Both the position numbers and the translations under genes were made by a program. The notes below the pieces were generated by a model. The model was not told the origin of the DNA, made no database searches, and was given only the letters and a program-made list of their open reading frames with translations. A stretch of 64,000 bases of DNA from an uncultured delta proteobacterium (GTDB taxonomy: Bacteria; Desulfobacterota; Binatia; Binatales; Binataceae). How positions within the stretch are numbered: position 1 is the first letter of the stretch; every line of letters begins with the position of its first letter. The stretch is taken from positions 1,280,001-1,344,000 of the forward strand of contig CAWJET010000001.1 in assembly GCA_963842085.1 (NCBI GenBank), in the 5' to 3' direction. Shown here in pieces: positions 50,702-61,432 of the stretch.

Positions 50702-51812
50702 ATGCCGCGATTCCCACGAAGACTGATGCTCGGTGGCGCCGCCCTCGCGCTGCTGGCTGCCATCGCCTGGTGGCTCATTCACGTGCCCGCGGTGCAGGAC
50801 GCGATGTTCCGGCGCGCAATCGACTACAACCTGGCGGCGACCCGCAACGACCTGGTCGCGCCGGACGCCCTTCGTGTCGTGTTGTGCGGCACGGGAAACC
50901 CCCTGGCCGCTCGCGAGCGCGCGGACGCGTGCACGGCGGTCTTCGCGGGCGGCAACTTCTACCTGGTCGACGTCGGACCCGGAGCGTGGAAGAACCTCGC
51001 GCTGTGGCATATCCCGGCAGCGCGGCTCGCGGCCGTGATGCTCACCCATTTTCATTCGGATCACATCGGCGATCTCGGCGAAGCCAATCTGGAGACCTGG
51101 GCGCAGGGCCGGGACCATCCGCTGCGGGTGTACGGTCCGCCGGGCGTCGAGCAGGTGGTTGGCGGATTCGCGCAGGCATACGCGCTGGACGAGGGCTACC
51201 GCGTCGCGCATCACGGCGCCGCCCTGATGCCGCCCGCGAACTGGAAGATGGAGCCGCTCGCCGTGAAAATCGAGACGCCGCCCGGAGCGTCGTCATGCGC
51301 AGGCGGTTCGGCGACGGTCCTTGAAGAGAACGGGCTCAAGATCACCGCATTCACCGTCGACCACCGGCCGGTCGCCCCCGCCTACGGCTATCGCTTCGAC
51401 TACAAAGGACGCTCGGTGGTGGTTGAGCGGCGATACTGTGAAGTGCGCCAACCTTGTGGCGGCCGCCACCGGTGCCGACGTGCTGATACACGAAGCGCAG
51501 AACGCGCATCTGGTGAAGCTGATCGAGGAGGCAGCCCGCCGCGATGGTAACGCGCGCGTGGCCAAAATCATGAGCGACATCCTCCGCTACCACACGACAC
51601 CCGTCGAGGCCGCATCCGAAGCGAACCAGGCCGGTGTTGCGCTGCTCGTGCTGAGCCACATCGGTCCACCGACGCCCAACGCGCTCGTACGAACCGCGTT
51701 CATGCGCGGCGTTGCGGCGGTGAGGCCGCGCGGCGTCGTGCTCGGCTACGACGGGATGCCGCTGACGCTGCCTGCGGGTACCAAGGAGATCGATACTTCC
51801 TCGATCCAGTGA
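50702..51812 (+). pseudogene. RNase Z/arylsulfatase-like MBL hydrolase with one frameshift near 51423
   Basis: LCGTG, VDVG, THFHSDH; SGDT, LIHEA, YHT in the second frame. Confidence 0.85.
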
Positions 51813-51873
51813 AGAGTTCCGAGCCGGCGCCGGCTGCACCATATATTGACATGTAAAATGTCAATATATCAGC
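51648..51873 (+). repeat. Left copy of degenerate direct repeat (MBL gene 3' end plus operator)
   Basis: Matches 56380-56547 with substitutions and deletions. Confidence 0.85.
51841..51869. promoter_or_regulatory. Palindromic operator with perfect 12-bp arms
   Basis: ATATATTGACAT-GTAAA-ATGTCAATATAT. Confidence 0.8.
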
Positions 51874-51957
51874 CTTCATCCAAAATCGAAATTCCATTAC
51901 ATTCTGACAGTTCTGACGAACTTTCAGTGAGTCTAATCGCATCTCCAGTAGCCTTTT

Positions 51958-54900
51958 ATGTCTACGGATGGTAAGGATACGCTTCGAGAGGTAACAAGGA
52001 TGGCATGGGTTTCAACCCGTTGGTTTAAAACGGGCTCGCGGGCAATCGCTCAATTCGTTTCAATCGCAATCGTTCTTTCGTTTGGATTCATCTGTACGGT
52101 TTCTGCCAGCGGAGCATCGAGTGACACGTCCCTTTCACCCAAGCGGCTGCTGACGTCCCCCGACGCCACAACCGACACATGCCCGGATCCCAATGGCGAT
52201 CCGCTCGGACCCGGCAATGCCGGCGTCGATTTGTTGGTGACCGGCGGCACCTGCATGGTGAACACCGGTTCGTATATGTACCGCAACATCAACATTATCA
52301 AAGGTGGAACGCTGCAGTTCAACGACGCGGCGATCGACCTTTACGCCGCCAATATCATCATCGAAAACGCGGGAACGATGCGCGCGGGCAGCGTCGACGC
52401 CACCACCGGCGTAATAACCCCGATCGCCGGACCGCTCAGGATTCACCTGTACGGCGCAAATCAAGGACCCGGCGGAGTGGGAGCAAGCTGCAAAACCGAC
52501 GCGACCTGCGGCGTTCCCAATAAAAATAAGGACGACATCTGGCAATCCAACGACACCATGAAGATGTACCCGGACAGTTGTAAGGAGACCAAAGGCCTGC
52601 CGGGTGGCGTCGACGACTGCTTTTACTCCTACGATGCGTTGCCTTTCGACAACGGCAAGCCCACCGACAGCAGCTTCAACCAGGCTGTCGGTTATTACGG
52701 CTACAAGGTGCTGGCAGTCGGTTATGGCGGGACACTTCAGCTTTACGGAAAGAAAGGCGCGACCTACGACACCAAGGTCGACCCGGCCAACACCGGCACC
52801 AGCTGGGCTCGGCTGAACAACTGCAATCCAAACGTGGACGATACAACCAAGCAGTGCAAGATGGGTGTGCTGCAACCGGGCGCGAACACGCTGATATTGT
52901 CGAAACCCGTCGACTGGCAGGTGAACGACAACATCGTCATCGCCTCGACCGACTATTTGCCAGGGCATGCCGAGCAGGTGCAGATAACCTGTGTCAACGA
53001 CAGCATGTTGTGCCCCGGCACGATGAAGTTCACTCCTGCCCTGAAGTTTCCCCACAACGCATCGGTTTACAGTCTGAGCAAGATCACCGGGGGACAGATA
53101 CCGACTGGTTGGACGTCGGTCGATACTCGCGCGGCGGTAGCGCTGCTGACCCGCAGCATTCGTATCGATTCGTATGGCGACACGGTGACCACCCCCTTTC
53201 CGGCGGCGCCTATGCCGCCGATAACCCCAGCCACCCAAGGCTATTACTTTGGCGGACACATGGTAATCCGTCAGGGGTTCGAGAAGGTTCAGATCCAGGG
53301 AGTTGAGTTCTACCAGATGGGGCAAGGTGGAAGGATCGGTCACTACCCGGTGCATTTCCACATGGCGCGCAAGGTTCCCACAACTACCTTTGTAAAGGAC
53401 GACTCGGTGTGGGATTCGATGACTCGATGGTACGTGCTGCATGCCACCCAGGGGGTTCTGATGGCACGCAACGTTGGCTATGAGTCGATCGGCCACGGTT
53501 ACTACCTGGAGGACGGCACCGAGACTAACAATAAGCTATATGCCAACGTCGGGATCTTTGCGCGCGCTGCCGTCACCAACATTCAGAATCCTCGTAACGT
53601 GCCGGGAATCTTAGCTGCACCGGATTATCCCTTGATTCCGCAGGCCCCGCCGATGCCTCCCCTGCAAGCCGGCCCGTCGGATGATGTGGTGCCCTACCAT
53701 TCGGACTGGGACCATCCGACTGTCTTCTGGATTATGAATGCCTGGAACGACTTCGAGAACAACATGGCTGCCGGCGCGGGGACCTGCGGAGTCTGCTACT
53801 GGGTCCTGCCGGGCATCAACAGCGGCATGTCGCGGAACATGAAATGGGAGTCCTATGCGTCCGAGCAGCAGCTGCCGGATGCCAAAACTTCCGGCGGCAC
53901 CACGCCGCTGCAAATCTTCACCGGCAACAGTTGTGTTTCCGCAATGTCTTCATTTTTGACGGTCGCCAACACGACGGCCTGTAATGGCGTTCAAATCGGA
54001 CCGAATTTGAACAATCCAGCCTTTCCGGTTCTGAATCAATCGGTGGTAACAGATACTACATCGCCCAACTACAACCTGGCTCCGTCTTCCAAAAGCGGAA
54101 CGACGATCGACCCAAGGACAGGGCTGTCCGCTGACAATTACTACCCGCATATCGGCGGTGGCGGGCGTTTCCCCACCACATGTCCTGACAAGGGCGACTG
54201 CAGCACTCAGAAAGTATGCAGCAGTGAGGATGAGGCGAATTGCGTAATCACCAACATCGACCACTACACCAGCTCTTTCAATTGGCAGGCGACAAACTTC
54301 GCCGCAATCTGGCTGCGGCCGTTGTGGTACTTGTTCATAAACAGTGCGCTTACGGACGTGCAGAACGGTGGAATTACTTTCGTAACCGGCGGCGGTTACA
54401 CTAAATCTGACGCCATCAACGGACATTGGGCGCTCGCCCGCAAAGACGTGTTTATCGGAAACACCCAAAACTCGGCAGCTAGCGGTGGGTTTGCATCGAA
54501 CGTGGGACCGTTCAACCCAGGGACCGGACTCAAGTGCGCGCAGATGCCCATGACCGCGGCGCCCGGCAATTATTGTCTGGACGCGGACGACGGCGTTTCA
54601 TTCGCACTGGCTACTTTCGCCAATAACCAGCGCCTTTTCAGTATCTACGACGGGCCCGCTTACGAGGATTCCAACGCCTATCTCGATATTACGCGCGCGA
54701 GTCTGCCCAACGACCCGGTCTTGGGATGCAACCCTCAACCCGATAGCGACTCCAGTCCCGACCACAATTGCGCCAATAGCGTCTATTCGCAAGCCGGCAA
54801 GATGTTGGGGATGCCCTATGATCCAATTAACAAGGTCTGCTATCTGCCCAATGCCGCCATTGCGTGGAAACAACCTAACGGATTCTACTACCCGCCTGCT

Positions 54901-56355
54901 TTCCACTCACGGAGCCTTTTTTTTAGTAATGTCGATATCCGCCACTTCGTCATCGAACCGTTGTTCAAGGATACTGGCCTCTTCGTGAGCAATCCGGTCA
55001 CGTCCAAACAGAGGTACTGCACCTATGACGCGTCGATGTTCACGGGCTTTACCGATATCGATCGGCAAACGGAGCTCAATGACGACGACGGTACGTTGAC
55101 CGGGCTCGTAGGACCGACCGCGCAGACCGGACTGGTAGGCTCGGTCTCGGTCAACCAGGACGCGTTTTTCAACGCACCCCTGCAAACTCCGGAATGCCTG
55201 TCCGACGTGGACGTGACTCCTACAAACTCGGTAACTGATCCCAAGACCTATGCAGGGACGGCGGTTACCAGTCCATACGACTATGTGACCACAGTGGTGT
55301 TTCCGGACTGTGCCGCTTCGGGAAAGAAGTGCGACAAAGAGAACAAGCCCGACTCGCTCTCGCCCTGGAACGCAGATTGTACCAATCAAAATTGTTATGG
55401 AGTCCCGCTTTACAGAGAAAACTTGATTCCCAAAGAGATCGAGACCTCGCCGATGGGAATCCCAATCCGGCTGATGGGTCAAGCCAATTTCCAGAGAAGC
55501 AGTTTGACCGTCAACAACGGCAGGTATTACGTCGACACAAGTCCGAGCAAGACGGCACAGTCACAGCAGTCCAACGTCAAGTTGTGGAACGTCTTTCAGA
55601 AGGGCGGCAAGTATTACGTTTTCCTGGTATTTGCCAAGGCTACGACCAAGCAGACTTATGACATATACGTTGGAAAGGGCTTCAAGAGGGATAACCCCGC
55701 GCAGTTGTGGCTGACGCGAGTCAAGCTGCCGAGTTCTTATGAATTCGATGACAAAGGGAAATTTCCCCAGGATCAGGTGACGTACGACGAGAACACCGGC
55801 ATCCTGTCTGTAACTTTGGACATGAGCAAGTTTCCAAACTTCGTCAAGGAATACGCCGACGAGAAGGAACACCAGTGCCAACCGAAGACCTTCTGCCAAT
55901 GGATCGCCAAACCCGCAACGGGCGAAGACAACTGTCAATGCGCGGACTCAATATTTTCCCCTCCCACTTCCACTTTTCAAACCGGCGAATGTAGCAAGAC
56001 TAAAGGCATCTGTAGCTGGGCCACCACAGATGTCGACTGCCCCAAAGGCGGCTGTTACGGATTCGGTGTTAAGCTCTCGGATAATTTCGACACTAGTGAT
56101 AACCCGCCGACCCCGGCGCCGCAGAACGTCGCGTGCTTGACCAGGCCTGTCCCGCCGCCAGACCCACCGCCGTTGTCGCCTTACGATGTCAAATGGACTC
56201 TAACGACTAACAGCTCAACCTGTAACTACGCTACGACAAATCCGGCAACTTTCTGCACCAGTCCGACCGGTGCCGGCCCCGAAGACTCAGGCAGCAGCCC
56301 GGACGCAACCGGCCCTGACGACTCAAACGGCAACGCTCCTGAGGACTCAAACTAA
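51958..56355 (+). CDS. Large secreted G8-domain/beta-helix protein, CEMIP/TMEM2/fibrocystin-like
   Basis: Signal-like segment, INIIKGGTLQF, AAVALLTRSIRI, FGGH, GHYPVHFH, GHGYYLEDG.E; alternative start 52000. Confidence 0.8.
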   Translation: MSTDGKDTLREVTRMAWVSTRWFKTGSRAIAQFVSIAIVLSFGFICTVSASGASSDTSLSPKRLLTSPDATTDTCPDPNGDPLGPGNAGVDLLVTGGTCMVNTGSYMYRNINIIKGGTLQFNDAAIDLYAANIIIENAGTMRAGSVDATTGVITPIAGPLRIHLYGANQGPGGVGASCKTDATCGVPNKNKDDIWQSNDTMKMYPDSCKETKGLPGGVDDCFYSYDALPFDNGKPTDSSFNQAVGYYGYKVLAVGYGGTLQLYGKKGATYDTKVDPANTGTSWARLNNCNPNVDDTTKQCKMGVLQPGANTLILSKPVDWQVNDNIVIASTDYLPGHAEQVQITCVNDSMLCPGTMKFTPALKFPHNASVYSLSKITGGQIPTGWTSVDTRAAVALLTRSIRIDSYGDTVTTPFPAAPMPPITPATQGYYFGGHMVIRQGFEKVQIQGVEFYQMGQGGRIGHYPVHFHMARKVPTTTFVKDDSVWDSMTRWYVLHATQGVLMARNVGYESIGHGYYLEDGTETNNKLYANVGIFARAAVTNIQNPRNVPGILAAPDYPLIPQAPPMPPLQAGPSDDVVPYHSDWDHPTVFWIMNAWNDFENNMAAGAGTCGVCYWVLPGINSGMSRNMKWESYASEQQLPDAKTSGGTTPLQIFTGNSCVSAMSSFLTVANTTACNGVQIGPNLNNPAFPVLNQSVVTDTTSPNYNLAPSSKSGTTIDPRTGLSADNYYPHIGGGGRFPTTCPDKGDCSTQKVCSSEDEANCVITNIDHYTSSFNWQATNFAAIWLRPLWYLFINSALTDVQNGGITFVTGGGYTKSDAINGHWALARKDVFIGNTQNSAASGGFASNVGPFNPGTGLKCAQMPMTAAPGNYCLDADDGVSFALATFANNQRLFSIYDGPAYEDSNAYLDITRASLPNDPVLGCNPQPDSDSSPDHNCANSVYSQAGKMLGMPYDPINKVCYLPNAAIAWKQPNGFYYPPAFHSRSLFFSNVDIRHFVIEPLFKDTGLFVSNPVTSKQRYCTYDASMFTGFTDIDRQTELNDDDGTLTGLVGPTAQTGLVGSVSVNQDAFFNAPLQTPECLSDVDVTPTNSVTDPKTYAGTAVTSPYDYVTTVVFPDCAASGKKCDKENKPDSLSPWNADCTNQNCYGVPLYRENLIPKEIETSPMGIPIRLMGQANFQRSSLTVNNGRYYVDTSPSKTAQSQQSNVKLWNVFQKGGKYYVFLVFAKATTKQTYDIYVGKGFKRDNPAQLWLTRVKLPSSYEFDDKGKFPQDQVTYDENTGILSVTLDMSKFPNFVKEYADEKEHQCQPKTFCQWIAKPATGEDNCQCADSIFSPPTSTFQTGECSKTKGICSWATTDVDCPKGGCYGFGVKLSDNFDTSDNPPTPAPQNVACLTRPVPPPDPPPLSPYDVKWTLTTNSSTCNYATTNPATFCTSPTGAGPEDSGSSPDATGPDDSNGNAPEDSN

Positions 56356-56379
56356 GGGCAGTCAGTGCAATAGGCGCTT

Positions 56380-56547
56380 GTGCTGAGCCCATCGGTCCGC
56401 CGACGCGCTCAGACGAATCGCGTTCATGCGCGGCGTTGCGACGGCAAGGCCGCGCGGCGTCGTCCCTGGCTTACGATGGGATGTTGCCGACGCTGCACGC
56501 GGGTTCCGGGGCGATCGTATTGACATATAAAATGCCAATATATTAGC
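56380..56547 (+). repeat. Right copy of degenerate repeat with operator TATTGACAT-ATAAA-ATGCCAATA (56518-56540)
   Basis: Decayed copy of 51648-51873. Confidence 0.85.
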
Positions 56548-56595
56548 GTTGGCGAGCCTGTCGGGGCAGGAAAGTCCCACGGAGGAATAAGCAAA

Positions 56596-57594
56596 ATGGC
56601 CGACCGCTATCGTATCTTTGGCGCCGAGCTATCACCGTACTCGGTGAAGGTTCGTTCCTATTTCCGCTACAAGGCAATCCCGCACCGGTGGATCGTTCGC
56701 AACGCCGATAGCCAGGCCGAATACCAGAAATACGCCCGGCTCCCGATCGTGCCGCTGGTCGTCACGCCGGATAACGAAGGCCTTCAGGACTCGACGCCGA
56801 TAATCGAGCGGATGGAATCTCTGCACCCGCAGCCGTCGATTCATCCGTCGGATCCGGTTGCCGCCTTCGTCTCGGTGCTGCTCGAAGAATTCGGCGACGA
56901 ATGGGGCAACAAGTGGATGTTCCACTACCGCTGGGCACGCGAGGTCGATCAGCTCAGTTCCGCGGGACGAATCGCACGGATGATGATGCCGGCGGCGGAC
57001 GAGAAGCAGCTTGCAAGCGCGATCGCGCAAGTGCGTGAGCGAATGGTCGCGCGGGTCTGGTTTGTCGGCTCGAACGCGCAAACCGCGCCGCAAATCGAAG
57101 ACTCTTTTTGCGAGACTCTCCGAATCCTCGACGCACACCTGGCGAATCGCGCGTATCTCTTCGGCGCGCGGCCGAGCTTCGGTGACTTCGCAATGTGGGG
57201 CCAGCTCTACAACGCATGGACCGATCCTACTCCCGGCGCGCTCATCGAAGCCCGGGCGACCAACGTCCTGGCGTGGATCCATCGAATGCTGTGGCCGCGG
57301 GCGGAAGGCAATTTCGAGGAGTGGGCCAGTCTCGAGCCGACGCTGATGCCCCTGCTGGAGCGGCAGGTCGGCGCGTTGTTCATGCCGTGGACGATAGCCA
57401 ACGCTGCCGCTATCGCGGGTGGACGCGAGGAATTCAGCGTCGAGCTGGCCGGCCGCACCTGGACCCAAAAGCCGCAGAAGTATCACGCCAAGTCTCTCGG
57501 CGAGCTGCGCAGGAAATACGCCGCTCTGCCCGACAAGCAACGTATCGACGCAGTCCTGGATCGCGCGGGATGTCTTGCCGGCATGCGCGGCTGA
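56596..57594 (+). CDS. Glutathione S-transferase family protein
   Basis: SPYSVKVRSYFRYK, IVP, DSTPII, YLFGARPSFGDF. Confidence 0.88.
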   Translation: MADRYRIFGAELSPYSVKVRSYFRYKAIPHRWIVRNADSQAEYQKYARLPIVPLVVTPDNEGLQDSTPIIERMESLHPQPSIHPSDPVAAFVSVLLEEFGDEWGNKWMFHYRWAREVDQLSSAGRIARMMMPAADEKQLASAIAQVRERMVARVWFVGSNAQTAPQIEDSFCETLRILDAHLANRAYLFGARPSFGDFAMWGQLYNAWTDPTPGALIEARATNVLAWIHRMLWPRAEGNFEEWASLEPTLMPLLERQVGALFMPWTIANAAAIAGGREEFSVELAGRTWTQKPQKYHAKSLGELRRKYAALPDKQRIDAVLDRAGCLAGMRG

Positions 57595-57644
57595 CTTCGC
57601 ACATGCTCGCCGCGCACGGTTCGCAAACCGATTGACGCAGGACG

Positions 57645-58238
57645 ATGAATATCGACTCTCCCACGCGCGAACAAACCGACGGGCGCCGCCGGCGCAGCGA
57701 ATCGAGCCGCAAACGAATCGTGCGCGCGATGCTCGAACTGATCGGCGCCGGCGATATCTCGCCGAGCGCCGAAAACGTCGCTGCGCGCGCGGGATTGGGC
57801 CTGCGCACGGTCTTCCGCCACTTTGAAAACATGGAGACGCTTTACCAGGAGATCAACGCGGCGATGGCCGCGGAGCTTCGGCCGGTAATCAAGGAGCCGT
57901 TCACGACTCCGGATTGGCGCGGGCATCTCGGCCAGATGGCGGAGCGCCGCGTCCGCATCTTCGAGCGAATCATGCCGTTCAAGATCGCTGCGGAGGTGCA
58001 TCGTCATCAGTCGCCGTTCCTCTCCCGCAAGGCGGAAGAGATGACGCGCGAGCAGCGGGCGGAGCTGGTGCGCGCCGTTCCGGCCGGCAAACGGGCGGAT
58101 GACGCCTTCTTCGAAGCGCTCGACCTGCTGCTGAGCTTCGAGACTTGGCGGCGGCTCAGAAAGGAGCAGAAATTGTCCGTGGCCCGCGCGCGACTCACGC
58201 TCGATTTGTTGCTCGACGCGCTGATGAAGGGCCGCTAG
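57645..58238 (+). CDS. TetR-family regulator
   Basis: ENVAARAGLGLRTVFRHF HTH. Confidence 0.92.
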   Translation: MNIDSPTREQTDGRRRRSESSRKRIVRAMLELIGAGDISPSAENVAARAGLGLRTVFRHFENMETLYQEINAAMAAELRPVIKEPFTTPDWRGHLGQMAERRVRIFERIMPFKIAAEVHRHQSPFLSRKAEEMTREQRAELVRAVPAGKRADDAFFEALDLLLSFETWRRLRKEQKLSVARARLTLDLLLDALMKGR

Positions 58239-58282
58239 AGACTGGCTCGCCTGTGCGAGTATCCGTCGTTCGTGCTCGACCT

Positions 58283-58849
58283 TCACGCCATCGGCTGGTA
58301 GCAGAGGAAGACCTTGCCATTGCCGAAGGTCCGCGACTTTGTCAGCTTCAGCGTCAGCATCTTTCTGATGCCGTCGAACATCGTCCGCCCCCGGCCCAGA
58401 ACGACGGGATTCACGACGACCTGGAATTCGTCGATCAAACCCTCCTGCGCCAATTGCGTGACGATGCTGCCGCTGCCCAGCATCGCCATGTCCTTGCCGG
58501 GCTCTTGCTTCATCTTGCGTATTTCCGCCGCCATGCCTTCCTTCACCAGCCTGGTATTGTTCCACGACGCATTGTCCAGCGTTCTGGAAAACACGACCTT
58601 CGGCATGCTGTTCATCCCTTCCGCCACGACGGGATCGTTCTTGAGCGCAATTGGCGTCGGCCAATAGCTGGCCATGAGCTCATAGGTAATCCTGCCGAAC
58701 AACAACTGGCCTCCGCCCCGCGCATTGTCTGCGATGAATGCGTTGAAGTCCGCATCGTCGTTGCCTCGATGAGCCCAACTGAAGTCGCCGTTGACGCCCG
58801 TGAAGTAGCCGTCCAGCGTCACGTTGTTGAAGGCGGTCAATTTCCGCAT
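58283..58849 (-). CDS. Dihydrofolate reductase-like (RibD C-terminal) protein
   Basis: VTLDGY, FGRITYE, GSGSIV, LIDEF...PVVLG.G. Confidence 0.9.
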   Translation of the reverse strand: MRKLTAFNNVTLDGYFTGVNGDFSWAHRGNDDADFNAFIADNARGGGQLLFGRITYELMASYWPTPIALKNDPVVAEGMNSMPKVVFSRTLDNASWNNTRLVKEGMAAEIRKMKQEPGKDMAMLGSGSIVTQLAQEGLIDEFQVVVNPVVLGRGRTMFDGIRKMLTLKLTKSRTFGNGKVFLCYQPMA

Positions 58850-58903
58850 GTCGCTTCTCCTCTTCGATCGGTTGACGACCTGGAGCATCAGAACGCAAGC
58901 ACG

Positions 58904-61432
58904 CTAGCGGAACCACAGGATGTGAGCGTCCTCGAGCGGAATCCTTGCTCCGGAATGCGACGGAACGATACGAGGCGTGTAGTCCGACGCCGGGCGCGAA
59001 GCAGGGACGTCGGCCCGGTAGATGCGACAGCCTGCAGAAGGCAGTGAACCGTGAGCTTGCGTCATCTCACTCACGAATGGCGGCTCGCCGTTGAGCGGAT
59101 CCGCATAGAGCTGCACGCACACCCAGTCGGGACGCAGGTCTCCCAGATACACCTCGACCCTCAGTGAGTGCGTGTGTGGAGTACTCTCGACATGAAGCTC
59201 ACCGAACCGCACCGACGGCCAGTAACCGGCCAACAGCTGTTCCCATTGGAGCAGCGATCTGCCGTAGGCGCCGTGATACTTTGCGCGCTCGCGATAAGCC
59301 TCAGCGGCCGGGAAGTAATATTGCTCGGTGTACTCGCGTACCGCCCGATTGGCCGAAAACTGCGGCGTCAAGCGTGACATACTTTCGCGCATTCGCTTGA
59401 CCCACCCGACGGCGATTCCACTACTGTCGCGGAGGTAGAACTCCGGAACCACTTCCTTCTCCAGGATGTCGTAGAGTTGCTCGGCATCGGCGGCGTCACA
59501 GGCCGGGTCATCGCCATGCTCTTTGCCATCACCCAACGCCCAGCCGACCTGCGGCGAATACGCCTCGGCCCACCAACCGTCCAGTTCCGACAGGTTGAGG
59601 CCGCCGTTAACCAGCACTTTCATTCCGCTCGTGCCGCACGCCTCCCAGGGCCGACGCGGCGTGTTGATCCACAGGTCGGCGCCCTGCACCATGCGCTCAG
59701 CGAGGGTCAAATCGTAGTCGGCGAGAAAGACCGCGTGGCGCCGCACCTCCGGCCGCTGGACGAACTCAACCCATTCTTTGACCATCGCCTGGCCGGCGTC
59801 GTCCTTAGGATGTGCCTTGCCGGCGATAACCAGCTGAACCGGACGTTGTGAATTGGTCAAAATGCGGACGAGACGTTGCGGGTCATGCAGGAGCAGGTTG
59901 GGACGCTTGTAGGTTGCAAAGCGGCGGGCGAAGCCCAGCGTCAGCGTGTCCGGGTCGAATACACTCTCGGCGGCTTGCGGTTCTTCGCCGCGAGCGGCAA
60001 GCGCGATGGCCAGGCGCTCTCGTACGAAGTGCACCAGCTCGAAACGGTTCTTCGCGCGAAGCTCCCACAGCGCGCTGTCGGTCGCGCCGCGGATGGCATC
60101 TTCGACGGTTTCCATGCCTCCGCGCCAACGGTCGCCGCCGCAGGTCTGCGTCCATAGAGTATCGGCGGCCTCGGAATCCCAGGTCGGCGTGTGTACGCCG
60201 TTGGTGACGTATCCCACCGGAATCTCTGCCTGCGGCCAGCGCGGGAAAAGGCTCTGAAAGATTCTGCGGCTGACCGCGCCATGCAGGCGGCTGACTCCGT
60301 TGATCGTCCCGCTGCCGCGGATCGCCAGGTAAGCCATGTTAAAGGGTTCGCTCGCGTCGTCAGGTCGCGCACGCCCCAGCGCCAGCAGCTGTGAGAGATC
60401 GATGCTGAGCCGCTCTCGCGCGTATCGTTCGAGGTACTGGCTCATCAGGCTTGGCGCAAAACGATCGAACCCCGCTTCCACCGGAGTATGAGTCGTAAAC
60501 AGATTGCCGGCTCGCGTGACCGCCAGCGACACCCCGAAAGGCTGTCCGCTGTCCTCCATGAAACTTCGCGCCCGCTCGAGCACGGCAAAGGCCGCATGTC
60601 CCTCGTTCAGATGGCAAACTTCCGGATTGATGCCTAGACTTCGCAAGAGCCGCCAGCCGCCGAGCCCGAGCACCAACTCCTGCACCAGCCGCAATTCGGG
60701 GCCACCGCCGTATAGCTCGGTAGTGATACCTCGATCGGCCGGCGCATTCGCCGGGTCGTTGCTGTCGAGCAGATAGAGTTTCAGCCGGCCGACGTGCGCG
60801 TACCAGGTCCGCAGCCACAGTTTCCGTCCGGGCGTGTTCACGCTCAATCTCAGCCACTCTCCGTCCGAATTGCGGATGGGAGTCACCGGCATCTGGCTCG
60901 TGTCGTTGTAGGGGTAGAGGGCGTGCTGGTTTCCGTCCGCGTCGATGACCTGTCGGAAATAGCCTTGATGGTAGAGCAGTCCGACAGCAACGAGCGGAAC
61001 GCCAAGATCGTCCGCGGCCTTCAGCTGATCGCCGGCGACATTACCCAGCCCGCCGGAGTAGATGGGTAGCGCTTCGCTAAGGCCGAATTCCATACTGAAG
61101 TATGCGACGGACTTGAGCCCCGAATTTGCGTGCGTCCGTTCAAACCATGGGAGTTCGCTTTCGCGTCTCTTACGATCCGCCAGCAATTCGTGCAGGTCCT
61201 TGCGGTAGGCGGGATCCGTGAGGAGCCGTTTGAGCTTGGTGCCCGATGCCGTTTGCAGAACGACCCACGGGTTGTGGGTCAAAGCCCACAGTTCGGGTTC
61301 GAGGCGGCTCCACAACCGATCGGTCCTGTGGTCCCAGCAATTGCGCAGGTCCAACGCCATTTCCGCGAGCTCTTCGGCACCCTCGGCGTCAGGCGGCAAA
61401 CCGCCGGAGTCAGCACTGAGCATGGTCTTCAT
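58904..61432 (-). CDS. glgP: Alpha-glucan phosphorylase
   Basis: YSGGLG, HLNEGH, ARRFATYKR, EACGTSGMK. Confidence 0.96.
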   Translation of the reverse strand: MKTMLSADSGGLPPDAEGAEELAEMALDLRNCWDHRTDRLWSRLEPELWALTHNPWVVLQTASGTKLKRLLTDPAYRKDLHELLADRKRRESELPWFERTHANSGLKSVAYFSMEFGLSEALPIYSGGLGNVAGDQLKAADDLGVPLVAVGLLYHQGYFRQVIDADGNQHALYPYNDTSQMPVTPIRNSDGEWLRLSVNTPGRKLWLRTWYAHVGRLKLYLLDSNDPANAPADRGITTELYGGGPELRLVQELVLGLGGWRLLRSLGINPEVCHLNEGHAAFAVLERARSFMEDSGQPFGVSLAVTRAGNLFTTHTPVEAGFDRFAPSLMSQYLERYARERLSIDLSQLLALGRARPDDASEPFNMAYLAIRGSGTINGVSRLHGAVSRRIFQSLFPRWPQAEIPVGYVTNGVHTPTWDSEAADTLWTQTCGGDRWRGGMETVEDAIRGATDSALWELRAKNRFELVHFVRERLAIALAARGEEPQAAESVFDPDTLTLGFARRFATYKRPNLLLHDPQRLVRILTNSQRPVQLVIAGKAHPKDDAGQAMVKEWVEFVQRPEVRRHAVFLADYDLTLAERMVQGADLWINTPRRPWEACGTSGMKVLVNGGLNLSELDGWWAEAYSPQVGWALGDGKEHGDDPACDAADAEQLYDILEKEVVPEFYLRDSSGIAVGWVKRMRESMSRLTPQFSANRAVREYTEQYYFPAAEAYRERAKYHGAYGRSLLQWEQLLAGYWPSVRFGELHVESTPHTHSLRVEVYLGDLRPDWVCVQLYADPLNGEPPFVSEMTQAHGSLPSAGCRIYRADVPASRPASDYTPRIVPSHSGARIPLEDAHILWFR

